From contig OZ024743.1 of the NCBI GenBank assembly GCA_964016885.1, positions 309,318,001 to 309,382,000 of the forward strand: DNA of 64,000 bases. Direction: 5' to 3'. The notes beneath the pieces are model-generated. The model ran no database searches. It had not been told where the DNA came from and was given only the letters and a program-made list of their open reading frames with translations. Both the position numbers and the translations under genes were made by a program. Below are positions 27,500-41,775 of the stretch, piece by piece (within the stretch, counting starts at the first letter, position 1; each line of letters starts with the position of its first letter). The DNA is from Eledone cirrhosa (taxonomy: Eukaryota).

Positions 27500-27810
27500 A
27501 TGCGTACGAGATAGTGGTTAGGGTGTTCAACTCACGATCGTAAGTCTCTCGGTACAATTCCCAAATCAGGCGGCACATTGTATCCTTGAGCAAGACACTT
27601 TATTTCACGTTACTCCAATCCGTTCAGCTACAGAAAACCAGTTGTACCTGTAATTCAAAGCGGTAGCCTTGTCATTCTGAGTTACTCCGAGAACTACATT
27701 AGAAATATTCGTATCTGTGCAATGATCAGGCACATTAATTTATTGAGCTGGCTGTTCCACTGATCAAATAAGTGGAACGCTCATCACCGGAACCGACTGA
27801 GGTTCAATAT
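27500..27810 (+). mobile_element. SINE, second family
   Basis: TAGTGGTTAGGGTGTTC...TCCTTGAGCAAGACACTTTATTTCACGTT. Confidence 0.75.
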
Positions 27811-28402
27811 CTAAGCAGGTAAGATTAAGTAAAATACAAGGTCTCTATGATTAAATTGCCGAGGGTGAAGTAATCATACTTAATACCATTGTATTCTATT
27901 ATAAAGAGTACAGATAAATGGATTTGGGTAGTTTTAAACATTTCGCTTTCAAATGCTTGGTGACTACGCAGATAATGTGAATAAATTAGAATGTTTAGCG
28001 GCCATATTGAGACGTCATTCATAGATAAACTTCAACCACACAAGTACTTCATTCATTCAAAGACACGCTCAAATAATAATGAGCGCTAGCAGTATAGGAA
28101 ATTCACGCGACTAATACCTTACTCTAAAGAATATATTTAAATTCATGATGATCAATAACATGTCGGCATTGTATGACACTTTTCTGGTCTTTCTATATAT
28201 AGCAGTTTCGGAACAATCACTTAGCTGACTCAAGCATTTAAACTCGCCCCTTATTCTGCAATAGGCGAAGATAGATTGTCGGGGTTAGTTTTACTTTATA
28301 TTGAAAAGTAGTTGAATACCAAGGTAGAGATTATAACGAAATAATTGATAATTTCCAGCATAAAGCTAAACGGAAAGATATGTACTTACTTTAGAATGTA
28401 AT

Positions 28403-28560
28403 TTAACCCTTTAGCATTTAAAGCGGCCATATCGGCTAGAATTCTCTCACCTCGTTCTGTTCAAACTGGTTGTTACCAGCCGCTCATACTGATGTTACGG
28501 TATTGTTCTCAAAATAGATAATATCAAAATCTCATAGATTCGATATTATGTGAGGTAATT
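28403..28560 (+). mobile_element. MITE-like fragment with a TTAA|CCCTTT end (piggyBac-like terminus)
   Basis: TTAACCCTTTAGCATTTAAA start. The second end was not identified. Confidence 0.4.
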
Positions 28561-29317
28561 ATGCGAAGTAAAGCCTTTACCATGAAAATATAATGTATAT
28601 ATATATAGAGTAATGTAAAGTAAGGCGTTTGATTAGCAGAATCGTTTTATAGTCGGAAAATTCTTTACATTTTGTGTTCAAATCCAGTCAAGGTCAACTT
28701 TGATTCCATATTTTTAGAGTTGATAGCATAAAGTGCCACCAATGATGGTTAATTGGTGGAATTGTTAGAGAATTGGAGAACATATCTTGCGTTATTTGTT
28801 TCTCCTCTTTACATTTAGAGTTCCCCTTCCACAGCACTACCACCACACTATAGGCTTTTGCATAAAAAAATAAAATAGCACGCGGTCGTCCATCGTCAGA
28901 GAGAAGGTTATAACATCATGGCTTGCTTTAGTTTTCCAGATCTCACCAGCGTAAGTGATAAATGAGCACAAAGTTCAGAACACTGTGGGAAGGCTGGTTG
29001 AATAAGGTAATGGTTCTAGATATTTCTTTAAAGGCCAAGCGGTAAAGTAAATAAAAAATCAATAAAAAATAAGATCCGACAACGGAACTAATGGCAACTA
29101 CTAAGGCGTGGTTTTTAAAAATGGAGTAGGTGGAGTGATACCTCTATCTACCATCCTTCTAGCTACGTCACAGAGCATGCGCTTCTGCGTAATTTCAATT
29201 ACATGGTATTGCTTAAACTGAAAACGTAGTAGAAGAAATTTGAGCAAGCTGTAAAAATAGCTGGGAACAGATTTACTTAACGCCATGACTGTGGTTGTTG
29301 ATAAGGCTGCTTATAAT

Positions 29318-30635
29318 AATAATTGTTCTAGTTTTGGCACAAGGCCAGCAATTATCCCAATGTATTACTGGTACTTAATCTTATCGACCCCGTCAAGATG
29401 AAAGGCAAAGTGAACCTCGGAGGGATTTGAACTCTTAGCTCAACATCAGCGTGGACCTTACAGACTAATGATCAAACTTATACTTGGACTGAATATCTCC
29501 TTATTCGTATTAGCTGACACTGTGTAACTTAGATCACATTACATTATCAAATGCAACTTTCATTTCTAGGGTGGTGTAGTATGAAATGGCGTAAATTTTA
29601 CTATTTCTAGGAGGTCGAACGATCAACTAGAGGCTACCACACCACCTCGATAAAAATGCTGGTACTACAGATACCGATAATATATATACGAATAGTTTAT
29701 TGTATTTTGAAATGTTATGCATGTAGATCTCTATTTTTTTTATTTATTTATTAAGAAACGCTTTGTTTCAAATTTGTATGTATGTATCGTCCCGTAACTC
29801 AAGAGAGAGTCGTAGGGGCGCCGTATGACTAACGGCGTTTCTTAGGGCATTTTAAAACCTGGCAGAGCTCATCTTCTCCCAACGTCTGAGTACAGCAGAT
29901 TTCTTCCAGAGTAGCAGAGTGGGAGAATGGAAGATATATAGAAGAAGAATTTACTCCAGTACTTGACTGGTACATTTTTTATCAACCTCAAATGGATGAA
30001 AGGCAAAGTTGACCTGAGCCGGATTTAAACTCAGAGAGCAGGGAGCCGAAACGAATGGCACAAAGCATTCTATCCGACGTTCTAACGACTCTGCCAATTT
30101 GTCGCTTTGTTTCAAATTATATTGATAGAAATAATACTGGAAGCTGATCGGGACGGACATATTAATAATTATTTCCGTCTTGAAACGTCTAAGGCATAAC
30201 ATTACTTGCATTAAATTCCGAACTGTATTAGATGTAAGATATCTTAATTAAATTCTTCTTTTGTTTCGACATTTTTATGTGTGTTCTAGAACACTATTAG
30301 ATTAATTAGTGTTGTCAGTGGAAATTGGTAGGCTGAAACTGTGTAAAATCTGTCCTACCCGACGCAGTTGGAATAAGAGCAGAAAAATGAACATTCCCAC
30401 AAATCTATTCTTAAAACAAATTACGCATTTATTGCACTATAACGCAGTATTAGTATCGGTAGAGCATCGGACACCATGCTTTGCAGCATAGTGTTACGGC
30501 TCTTTACGGTCTGAGTTCAAATCCCACCGTGTCTAGCTTTGCCTTTCATGAACCAGTAAGTACTCGGGTCGATTTAATCGACTTTCCCCTCCTCTTCAAA
30601 TTGCTGGCCTTGTGCCTAAAGTAGAAACAATTATT
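29318..30635. mobile_element. Nin-like SINE copies (about 29318-29440 -, 29820-30110 -, 30440-30635 +)
   Basis: Match to the 2306-type and 13712-type consensus. Confidence 0.75.
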
Positions 30636-31621
30636 GAACCCTCTGCAACACATATACTGATATATGTGACTGGAATTATACATCCACATAGTATTATTGC
30701 TTTCGAAATTTACTTTACAAAACCAAACATTGTTGAAAACCTAATTTCTCGATATTCTATTTTTTTATTTATTTCTGTTCGAGAAACTATTGATAATTTC
30801 TGTTCCAGTTCTTATTTATTGAAATCCTTACTATGCGTTTTTGTTGCGTTGATATAACGTCTAAATTATTCATTATAAATAAAGTACATGCACATTTCAT
30901 TTATATAGTTACTCAGACATTGAACGCTATATTTATGAATCTACTCATTAATCAGAAACAAAACTTGTCTGCTGAATGATTTATTAATCAAATACTAAAT
31001 GCTATCTTTATCATTTATTGACCAACGAAATTTGTTTGCGAAGCGAACTCCTTACCCAAACTACATGTGTTTATATATGTGTGTGTGCGAGAGTGTGTCC
31101 TTTTCCGTGTTTATGTTGTTTGGTTCAATAAAAGAGATCGATAAAAAAAGTACCAGATTAAAAAGAATCAGTACTGGAGTGGGTATGATCGACTAGCAGT
31201 TTATTCAAGGCAGTGAACCACCTTCGCCACTGTCTGAATACTGAAACCCGTACAAAAATGGTAAAATAAAAAAAAAATGAATAAATTGTACATATTTCAC
31301 GAAGAAACGAGGGTTAAATATTTGCCCTAAGAAAATTTTATATATGAAAATTTCATTATCTTTTTCCTTAATCAACTCATTTTGGAATTTCTATGAAACG
31401 CTATTAATCTCATTATGCGTCATATTGGCACGATGCCCCATATTATCAAAAGAATTATATATATTTATATATAGGAAACAATACTTGCTACAGGGTTGGT
31501 GCTCATTTCACCGACTGCATCCAAGGAGCAAAATATCAAAGTCTCTTTCGTTCCCATTTGAATTCATAATGAATAACGAATCAACTAAACACTGTATGGC
31601 ACTCTATTGTTTTCACCAGTT

Positions 31622-31780
31622 CCAGACCTCCCAAACTCTAAAAACGCAAACGGGAAGCAAAATTGGGAAATTTTACATAATGAAAGCTATACCCATTTTC
31701 ACAAGAGAAAAAAATATTCTCACCCACCACAAAGTAAGTGGGAAATCTCCCCCATTGGACGGGGAGAGTTGACAGTATTG
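31622..31780. mobile_element. MITE, shorter relative of 34401-34594
   Basis: Shared core TTTTACATAATGAAAGCTATACCCATTTTCACAAGAG and GAGAGTTGACAG end. Confidence 0.7.
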
Positions 31781-32225
31781 CAGTTCCCCACCATACATTC
31801 CATTAGTTATATGAAAGTTATTTCAAAAAAGTTCGCGTGAGGTGTAATTCGAATGTTGTATCATGTGGTTGTGGCTTCTATTCTCCGACAGAGTGGCGTG
31901 ATGTGTCCATGAGGAAGGCACTTCATTTCCCTATGCTCCAGTTTAATTAGCTGAAAATTAGCACCAGCAACAATTGGTTGTTAACTCATGAAAAGAGGAT
32001 GACCTCCGACCTTCCCCCAACCTGTGCAAGTATAAAACGTTGGACATAAAAAATAACTCACATTGAATGGAATCTGCAATATTTTAAACCCAGGCTGTCT
32101 ACGTTCAGCTCTAAAAAACTTTCCTCTTTGTTTTGCTAGTAAACACTTTAAAAATATATGAACATCATAACTTCTATTTGTCTTTTCTTTAAAACCTAAA
32201 CACTTAAATAATAATTCGTTACATC

Positions 32226-32829
32226 CAGGACCGGCGCTACCAATAAGGTCAACTAGGCAAGCAGCTAGGGTGCACACCTCAGACAAGTATATTATTGGAC
32301 CTCAAAGGATGACAAGATTATGGATTGGCAGTATCAGTAGAGGGTCGGACGCTATGCTTTGCAGCAAACAGTTACGGCCCTTTATGGTCTGAGTTCAAAT
32401 CCCACCGAGGTTAACTTTGCCTTTCATCCTTACGGGGTCGATAAAATAAAGTACCAGTAATACACTGGGATAATTTCTGGCCTTGTGCCAGAAGTAGAAA
32501 CAATTATATACATTTGTATGGTTAAATATATAATTCCCTGTGGTTAATAGCTCACTAAATATCTTTGCCGCGTAGAAAGAGTAGAGGGTCGTATGTTGTT
32601 ATAACCCTTCACATGATTAGAAGTAGGTGAGTGTAGACTGTGTAGTGGAAATGCAGGCTTAGTAATTTTCTTCGTATAGCCAGAGCAGGAAGTGTCGAAA
32701 ACTAGGCTTGTCAGCATAACAAACTTTAAGTTGAAATTACTTTACTTGGGTGAAGAGGTGCAGAACTGGGATGAGGGGCCATACGTTTTAAATTTATCCT
32801 AGGGGGGATAATACCTAGAGGCAGACTCT
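32226..32829. mobile_element. hAT-like non-autonomous element containing a SINE (32320-32510)
   Basis: Left end CAGGACCGGCGCTACC..CTAGG and right end CCTAG..GGCAGACTCTG resemble hAT MITE termini. No TSD seen. Confidence 0.45.
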
Positions 32830-34400
32830 GTAGACGATTGAAATTGTATAGTGTTTTACATGTTTTTTTTGTTTTTTTTTGTTTATTGATTTGTAAACTG
32901 TCACCAAATAAAACTATATTTAGAGTATTCTAGAAAATCAAGTTCCTACAACCAACGCACGTGTTAACGGCAGTCATAATAAAACACGTTTCCGCACTCA
33001 GATGGAGTGTGGTGAAAATAAATAAAAATAAGAATCAAATAAACATTATTAGTGCTATGCTATCATCAGTTGTTAAGCCGATTGCTAATCTTAATAGTTG
33101 TTATACCACCTATTACTTGTCTCGGTTAAGAATGATTTCTATACAAATTTTCAATCATATAACTTAAGTTTATATATATATATATATATATATTTGTTTT
33201 TTGTTTCATGTGGCAATATCTTTTGTTTCTTATTTCCATTGTTACCGACAGACAGCGTTGTTTAGTCCAAACATGAATTAGATATAAGCAATTCTGGTCG
33301 AACAATTGATAACATAAAGAGTTTAAAGAAAGCAGTGAGCAATTGGAATTACAGTGCTTTTGTAGAGTTGTTGCATTGTTTCTAGAAAAGTTATCAGCCA
33401 ATACAACCTATACATATGAATAACTGATGTTTACTGATAGGAAGGGGAAGCAGGGTAGGAATCGGATAACACTTTTTTTTCAGTTATTATTTTGTTTGTT
33501 TATCATCGTTTTTGTTTGTTTTGTTGCCCTGTAGTGAAAAGCATATGAAAATGAGTATTTGTTGGATTGTTTTCAGGCATAGTCTGTGCATATGTAATGA
33601 AGTTGTTTTTCAGCTTCAGTAATTATATATAATCGAAAAGATACTTTTTTATCAGCCAAATTATTCAGTTTCTATTAATTGTTTGAATTTTTCTTTGTAA
33701 ATATTTTGTAGCCACCCACCTCAGTTGTTTTTTTGTTCTTGTCTTTTTCATCATGCTAGTAACCTGCCTTAGTTCTGCAGCTTTATTCAGACTGCCGTGG
33801 TACATAGGGATACAGATTATTGCTCTGAAGTAGTTGGAATGGTCAGAGAGTTATACTTTCGGAAAATACCTCTAAAAGCAGATAAATTACGAGGTGAGTA
33901 GTGTCTATAAATTTTTTATATAATTTAAAAATGGCTACAATTTTATACCGAGCTTAGGAGTACTTATGGATACAGGTTACTCTCTTCAATTAGTTGATAT
34001 GGTAAATTACTTTATATTTCGGGAAAATACCTAAAAGCATATAAACTATGAGGTAAGTTTGTATATTCTTTTGTTTAATCTAAACATTATTACAGTAAGA
34101 ATTATATTATTGTTTAACTACTTATTCTTTCTTTTATCCTTTGACTGGTTTCAGTGGTTAGAGTTGGGATACCATGTTGGGATCTTTATAAGATTGATAT
34201 TTATTTTATCGATCTCATTCTTGTCGAACCGCAAAGTTACGACCCATAAAAAAAAATACGGACACAATCGTAAACACATACACAGGCACATACAAATATA
34301 TACTTTTAGATATTTCGGACTTATGCAGTTTTACGTTAAGCAAATTTCACACAAAGAGGCATATGTCAGCTCATCGCGATAACAGAAAACATTCGAATAG

Positions 34401-34594
34401 GCAGACCTGCCAACCTCTAAAAATCCAAACGGAAAGTACCATGAAAAAAGGGCCCCAAAACGGGAAGAAATGAGGCAAAATGGGGAGATTTTACATAATG
34501 AAAGCTATACCCATTTTCACAAGAGAATATAACTCTCACCCACCAAAGTGAGTGGGAGATCTCCCCGTCAGACGGAGAGAGTTGACAGGGGTGC
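34401..34594. mobile_element. MITE with imperfect TIRs
   Basis: GCAGACCTGCCAAC ... GTTGACAGGGGTGC. Second copy at 31622. Confidence 0.7.
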
Positions 34595-35414
34595 ACAAGG
34601 AGCCACACAGTGTGACTAAATCTGAAACCACGTGATAGCGATGGGAATTCCTGAAACACACAACCATGACTGTGTGTGAATTTATGCTGCATATGGTTTC
34701 GGGGATGACATAGCTATTTAAAAACAATCGTCTATGTAATAGGTATGAATTTCTATTTCTGTCATACTTTTACAGCCCCTCCCCCACGAAAAACATATTT
34801 GTCTGGTTCTATATCGTATAAAGATTCTCGTATTCTACAATTATCTAGCAGATCAACGCCCGTTGCCAACATCACATTCTATTTCCTTTCTATTGAAAAA
34901 GAGTTTTTAACCCCGAAATACCTTGAAATATATGGTAAAAATGCAAATTGTTGTTTTGATTTGTATTTCTCACTTGACCCTACTTTAGTTTTTACTCTTG
35001 TATTCCTAATTTGTATTGTATCGGCTTTCTCTAAATAATCATGATCACATACCTTACAATGCTTCATATAAACAATACAACTATCTAGTTTTTTTAAGAT
35101 GGGCCCTGCATGTCTTCAATGCTATATAAAATCTTTATATATGATTTATTGGATATATGGAAAGGATCCCTGTCAGCTTCGACGATGAATGTTGCTGTTC
35201 TTCGAATAACGGAAAAGCTTTTCGGCTGAGTATTCCACAGACGCGAGTAATATTAACGTAATTCTCGAAGAGATTCAATACGACACAATGTGTGTCAGGC
35301 CCGGCCCTTTGAATTAGAGGTCCATATCTATATCTATCTATATCTATGTCTATATAGACATATATAAATGTAAATATATGATCTTTTTGTTTATGAGATC
35401 GATAAAATAAATGG

Positions 35415-35475
<61 letters not shown>

Positions 35476-35789
35476 TAAATACTTTACACTTGTAAAAGTG
35501 TTTCAATTCAATGGTAGTGTATCAAGGATGTGATTTAGAAGTATTTAGGGTAGTGTTATATAAATGTTTTTATAGTTATTTTTAAAAATTCGCAAAATAT
35601 ATAATATATCATAGCAACAATACAAACTTTACAAAAATAAAAACATAATCAAACAAAAATATTGATAAAAAAGTGTTTTAAAGAGAGAAAATGAAGAAAC
35701 TAAGTAGCCAATAAAGACGAGGTTTTAAAAGATAATCGTCTTAAAATTATTGATTGACAAAAGAAACATGCCAATATCTAATGTGTCCT

Positions 35790-36720
35790 TAAAAGTTCCT
35801 CTTTGGTCATGTACTAACTCGCTTTCTTAGCGACCTCCGATATTGTTCTCGAAAAGTCAGTCCAAGGCCCCTAAGCAGTGAGTCAACCCTGGTTTCGACA
35901 AATCCTCTCACATCTATCTGTACCGGGAAATGGGACGCCTCGCATCCACAGGTTTCACAGAGTTAAACCAGTTCACTGTACTTACTGGTCAACAGTTTGT
36001 ATCTAGAAAGTTCCTATCAAAGGGATAAACTTAAGTAATGTCTTTTTTGGAAGACCAGCAGTCACCCATATGTGAAACTCTCTCACCCCTCGAAATTGAT
36101 GTCGTCCATGGAAAGGGCAACTGCTGATGCAGCTTCACGCCAGTGTTGCAGTGGAAAACTTATTTATTCAAGCTCATATATGTTTAGTATACGCACACAC
36201 ACATATATAAACATACTATATGCACGCAAATTTATACATACATAATATATATAATAAATATTTTGTAAACACACGTCTGTATTGTGTGTGCTGCTGTAGT
36301 CCCTCTCCAAATGCAGAAGTCGATATCGCAACAGACAGTAAAGTAATTCTGTAGGTGTTTCGACCCCTTTCACTGTGGCACCAGAGCTACTCGGGGCCAA
36401 TCATCTATATATTCGACGGAATTTCTACACAATAGAGCTGTCGTATGCGAGTCCAATGTTGTGACTCATAGCGAGATGTCTCCATCCACATCAATGTGTC
36501 AGGTGTACCAGTCATCTCTTTTGAGCCAGATGTAGTAACTCGCTTTCTTAGTGGCTTCCAATTTTTCTCTCGAAAGGTCATTCCAAGTCCCATAAGAAGT
36601 GAGTCAACCCTTGTTTCGACATATCCTCTGACTTCAATCGCTATAGGGAAACAGGATGCCCCCGATGCAGGTTTCATAGAGTGAAATCAGTTCACTGTAC
36701 TTACTAACCTTCATGTTGAA
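35790..36720 (-). mobile_element. Two decayed 3' fragments of an RLE-type non-LTR element (HERO/NeSL-like)
   Basis: KYSEL..CFPIAIEVRGYVETRVDSLL.GLG..KKASYYIWLKR at about 36500-36710. Related nucleotide copy at about 35790-35990. Confidence 0.6.
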
Positions 36721-37277
36721 TGCAACATTAATGTTTAACCCCCCCCCCCCCCCCTCCCCCCAAGAGACAGTAAGTTCCACCATCTTCATCACATTGCACC
36801 ACACTACGAGGCTGCGTCAACTGTTGATAAAAAACTGTTGGTAAAGTAGTATTTGCTGTCTTGTCCAGGTTAACTGCGACCTTCATTTTTTTGTATTTCG
36901 GGTCGGTTTTCTTTGTTACGGTGGCTGATTTGTTGTTTTTCTTTATAAAACTTCATTCTGCACTTCTCCACCATCTGGGGATTCTCGTCGTTGTTCACCA
37001 CTTCATCCTCTCTTCCACCGCACCAATCAGTACTCTACGCACCTGATTATGTAACTAGATATATCTGCTGTCCAGTGTCCAACTGGAGAGTATATACCTT
37101 ATTTTACAACTTTGCTATATCGGCACAGGCCACTCTCTTCTATTCCCTAATGTTTTAGGTTATATACATATATATTTATATATATGTATATAACACACAC
37201 ATACTATTTATATACATGTAGATGTATATACATATATATATATTGAATACCTTACTTTAATTCTTTAATGGACATCA

Positions 37278-37318
<41 letters not shown>

Positions 37319-37339
37319 TGAGGTAAAGAGATTTAAAAG

Positions 37340-38770
37340 GATTTGAAATAGTAGAAAGTCGGATAGAATGTTTTGCGGTATTCGTTCCAGCTGCCTGCTC
37401 TCTCTGAGTTCAAATCCTACCTAGGCCAACACTGTCAACCCTCCTTTTAAGGTCGATACAACGTACCAGTTCAGTACTGGGGTCAATTAAGTCTCTATAT
37501 CAGGTGTCTAAAACTCAAGGAATAAAAAATGCCATGGCATCATGGGGGTGGGAGACACATTGGGCCAAAAGTTAGATAAGATGTTCTTAAGTAAGATAAA
37601 AGTAAGATAAGTACTTCGTTTCCACCAGTTTTAATGCTAATCTGCCATACAGCTCACATACCGTTAATTTTGTTTCTTCCATCAAAATGAATACACATAT
37701 GATAGTAAGTGGGATATGTGAATTAGTACAAAATGTAAAGGGACAAATTTTCCTTAATCAGTCAGGAAATTCTTCTACCACAGGTAACAGAAAAGTAGTT
37801 TGTGGGCTGCCTGTTTTAAACCCCTGCTCTGTCTTTTCCCTGCTTCTTCTCTATCAGTTTATCTCACCTTTTTAGGAAGAAATCGTTTGCTACGACATGT
37901 AGAGAGGATGGACTTCGCTAAGTCTCAAATGTTTAGGACATGTCATATGTCACGATGGCACCTCTTCGACTCCATCAGGAGTTCCGTATCTATGCATACA
38001 AAATACGAATTACATATTTTATACACATTGTGTAAACACTACTTATATATAAGTTCAAATTACACCCACTGATAATCATATCTACTATATTCTATTTCAG
38101 TAGTACATAAAATCTGAATAATATATAATAATTATACTTATATAATTGGAAATATTTTCATATAGTTCAAAGAATATTTAGGTTCACTATATTCAGTTAT
38201 AAACAAAAAAATCGGTGAGTTCTGGAAATCGATAAATTTGTTAAATAAACTGCAGCATATAGTAAAAGAAGTTAGATAAAGCAAACGAGAAGAAGCATTT
38301 TGGTGTAAAAAGAATTCACTGTGAAAGAAGCTTTAAGATGAAAAAAAAACAACAACAGTGATACACGGGGAATATGCTCATATGCTTATAAATAATTATA
38401 TTTAAGAATTTCTGAGTAGCTGTACTGTGATTATAACTACCAATTTGCTTTCAAATTCAACCAACAACGACAGGACAAACTATTCCTATATATATAAAAT
38501 GATAAGGCAGCAAATTGGCAGTGTTGTTAGAAAGCCGGAGAGACTGCTTTCCGCTATTTGTTCCGACTCTCTTCGCTCTGATTTCAAATACCACTATCCC
38601 GCTAATGTCAACTTTGCTTTTTTATCATGTTGCAGTCGATAAATGCACTACCAGTCCAGTTATGAGGTTGATTCTTCTTTCTCTTCTCTGGGAGAAACAG
38701 GCTGTGCTCAGACCAGGAGAGGAATCGATTCAACTAGGTTTTAAATGTTTAACATAAGCGGTATGTCACG
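37340..38770 (+). mobile_element. Nin-like SINE copies (about 37340-37500 and 38505-38770)
   Basis: Consensus motifs as above. Confidence 0.65.
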
Positions 38771-39109
38771 TCAATACCCTTAAAATTCCATCAAATGTTC
38801 AGAGTCCTTATATGTATGCTCATATGTTTCCTTTTTTCATATTCAACCCTCACATACATATTTACATATCAATGTATTCTAAATATAGGAAATACGAACA
38901 ATAATGATAAAATGATAAATATATAATAATTAAATGTTGATTAGTCTCTTATACTTAAACATCTCAATGAATGGATAGAATATCAACCAGAGAAGCAATA
39001 TTGCATATTAAATGTACGCAAAAAATACTATTTATGGGAATATAAGCTTGACAGACCAAAAACAATTTTAATCAATCTCACTTATATAAGGGTCAATGTT
39101 GACTATATC

Positions 39110-41018
39110 GACCCAAGCAAAACACCTAGTTGTGAAAGCAGAGACAGAGTCTTCATCTCTTGTCACATTTAGGTATTTTTCTTGTATCCCTGTCTCCTTT
39201 GCATATCGGATATTTCATTGTTATTTCCTGTTCTTGGATTGCAAAGCACATCCTTCAAAATGAGAGCTATTATGTCGGTTGTTAGCCCAAGATATACTTT
39301 TTTCCTTATCTATATTACTCTCCCTTTGAAGCTTTCTGGCAACATAGCTATGCATGAATTTTTGCTGATGAGCATGAAGTTTTTTATCCATGGATTCATT
39401 GCGGTATCACCATGAAATTTCTCTGGGTGGGAGTTTTTGGTTATTATGCAGGGAGTATTTCTCAAAGATCTCCTTCCAAACTCCCATGATGTTATCTGCC
39501 TCATGTAGATAGAATTGTCCTTTACGTTTGGTTATTCATAGATGTTGTCGGAGTGATGTGATATGACACTGAAACACTGTTTGGTTTGATGTTAGGCCTC
39601 TGCCTTCCTGTTTACGTTTTAGAGATGGTGGAAATTTCCCATGCCGATTAGAGCTTTTCAGATTTTAAAATCAATGTCTCACATGTCATCTAGTGTCCAG
39701 TCAAGTAGCTCAAATGTTGGTCTAAGTACAGGTACAGTAAACGTTTTGTGGACAACTGATTTATTGTGTCAGAGAGTTCAGAAGATCATATTTTTTTCTT
39801 ATTCAGATGTTATATTCCGTTTACTCGTTCTTTGTTACAAATACCATCATAGGATATATATTTCATCTATCCCTAAATATTGTCAGGTGCCCGTGAAACA
39901 GTCAGGTCACTGATAGAGATGTCGTTAGATTTACTTGTAGTTTTTCATAATTTTATAATTATATATGAACATTTATCCTGGCCAAATTTCATTCCTTCAA
40001 TTTTTGAGAACGTCGAAATCAGGTCAAGGTCTTTTTTCATACTATCTTGTTATAAAGTTTCCGTTCATCCTCAAAGAAGCTATGTGTTAGATCTGTGTTT
40101 CTGGCCTACTGTGAATCAATTACATATCCTTCATATTTCTTTAGCTTAATTTGTCAAAATGTAGAGGTTTTAATTTGTCGTGAATATTCAACTCCAGTTT
40201 AGTTGACAACACGCTGAATTTCATTATTTCGTTTCATATTGTTGTTTTATGTCTTTTCCCAAGAGAGTTTCATACATCAATTAATCTGTTGGAAAGTTTC
40301 ACTAAGGATATATCTTAACTGGTTATACTTTTCACTTTCCCAGCTAATTGAAGACTTATTTTCATTGACGGTATTTTGATGTTAATGACTAACGTGACTT
40401 GTGAGATATAGCAGTCGAGTTAAAGTCAATGGTGACATATGGTGTCAAATTTCTCACCGTTATAGCTGTTTCAAGAGAATGTTTGTGTATTTCTGCTGTT
40501 TGTTGTTGACGATCGAACTGAGAAGACGTACTAATATGGCAGCAAATTGTGTCACGTGTTGATAACATGATTTATCTAGGAGACTGCTGGTTTACTGTTG
40601 TTATTTTCACACTTTCATTATTGCGTCGAATAATGTTTATGTTATTTTTACTTTCGACAAATGTTACTTGCTAGTGTAATTGTTTGTCTGTGAAATAATT
40701 TAGATATGAGTGAGGTTCATTCCAGTTATTTGGTTCATAAAGCCAACAGGTAAGGTTGTTTTTTTCTTTTTACATTTTTATAACAATTAAATGCGATTAC
40801 TAATTTGGGTTCCTTCTGTAACTACAACTAAAATATTGTTTACCTTCCTCATTGTTGTTTTCTTCGATTTTTCACTAGTGTCATTGATGTTGTCGTCTCC
40901 AACTGTGATGTTTACAGCAAATCCTTGTTAGATGAATTCAGTATTTAGAAGGATATTTCTACGATTTCGAATAAAAGGCGTCTTCAGAGAATATCTTCAG
41001 AATATCCAGTTCTTTAAC
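39110..41018 (-). mobile_element. Older, internally deleted R4/Dong-like non-LTR element
   Basis: Collinear nucleotide similarity to 42600-45600, for example TTGGATTGCAAA..TCCTTCAAA and GATGTTAGGCCTCTGCC. 5' end abuts (ATGT)n. Confidence 0.8.
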
Positions 41019-41098
41019 ATGTATGTATGTATGTATGTATGTATGTATGTATGTATGTATGTATGTATGTATGTATGTATGTATGTATGTATGTATGT
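41018..41098. repeat. (ATGT)n microsatellite; further tracts at 41705-41775 and 45623-45701
   Basis: Direct reading. Confidence 0.95.
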
Positions 41099-41775
41099 CA
41101 GGTCACCAGTTGGTGCTACTGGTAACATGTATCCCAGTACAACCTGTCTCATGGTCGGGTCGTTGGCGACTAAACTGGCAACCCCACCAAGGTTTCTTGG
41201 TGAGGAGGGTGACTTTGGACATCCTGCAGGACTAAAAACAAAACCTGTCAAAGGGCAAAGGAGCTCTTAAGAGTCAATGGCCATCCAAAATCACCGGGAG
41301 AGATGACCCCTTAGCCTTTGTCAAGGCAGAATTCTAGGAGAAGGAAAACTCTGATATAACACCTGCAACCCTGATGGTATCCAATGATGTTGACTTGTTC
41401 TTCTTTTTGGTAAATATCATCTTGGTTAAGAGAGTGGGACTGGCTTTGTGCAGTGCCTTTGCTCACTATAAAAGCTTCACGGCACAGGCATTGCTTTATA
41501 TCTGGAGATCTCTCTGCACTTGTCCTCACATGGTACCATGGGCCCAGCACTATGTGTCAATAATTGTCACAAGTGTAGTGTTTGTACCAGAGTTTTCAAG
41601 TCGCTGGCTGGACTAAAAAGTCACACTCGTTCAGCGCTTCGGTAGGGGTTCTCCTACATGGATATAAAGTAGTGACCGTACTCGAAAACGAGTTGGCAGC
41701 CACCATGTATGTATGTATGTATGTATCTTTGTTTGTATGTATGTATGTATGTATGTATGTATGTATGTATGTATG
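41099..41775 (+). mobile_element. Bipartite non-autonomous RTE-derived element (5' UTR fused to 3' end) with (ATGT)n tail
   Basis: CTAGGAGAAGGAAAACTCTGA 5'-UTR-like motif. 41574-41633 encodes CSVCTRVFKSLAGLKSHTRS, an RTE-type C-terminal zinc finger. Related partial copy at 63520-63795. Confidence 0.7.

Noticed and set aside
35205-35330. GAAAAGCTTTTC palindrome as an HHR stem III
   Set aside because: It lies in a minus-strand SINE tail and has no CUGANGA box.
36780-37050. Purine-rich minus-strand segment as a host exon
   Set aside because: Only short ORFs with no recognisable motif. It may belong to the neighbouring retroelement.
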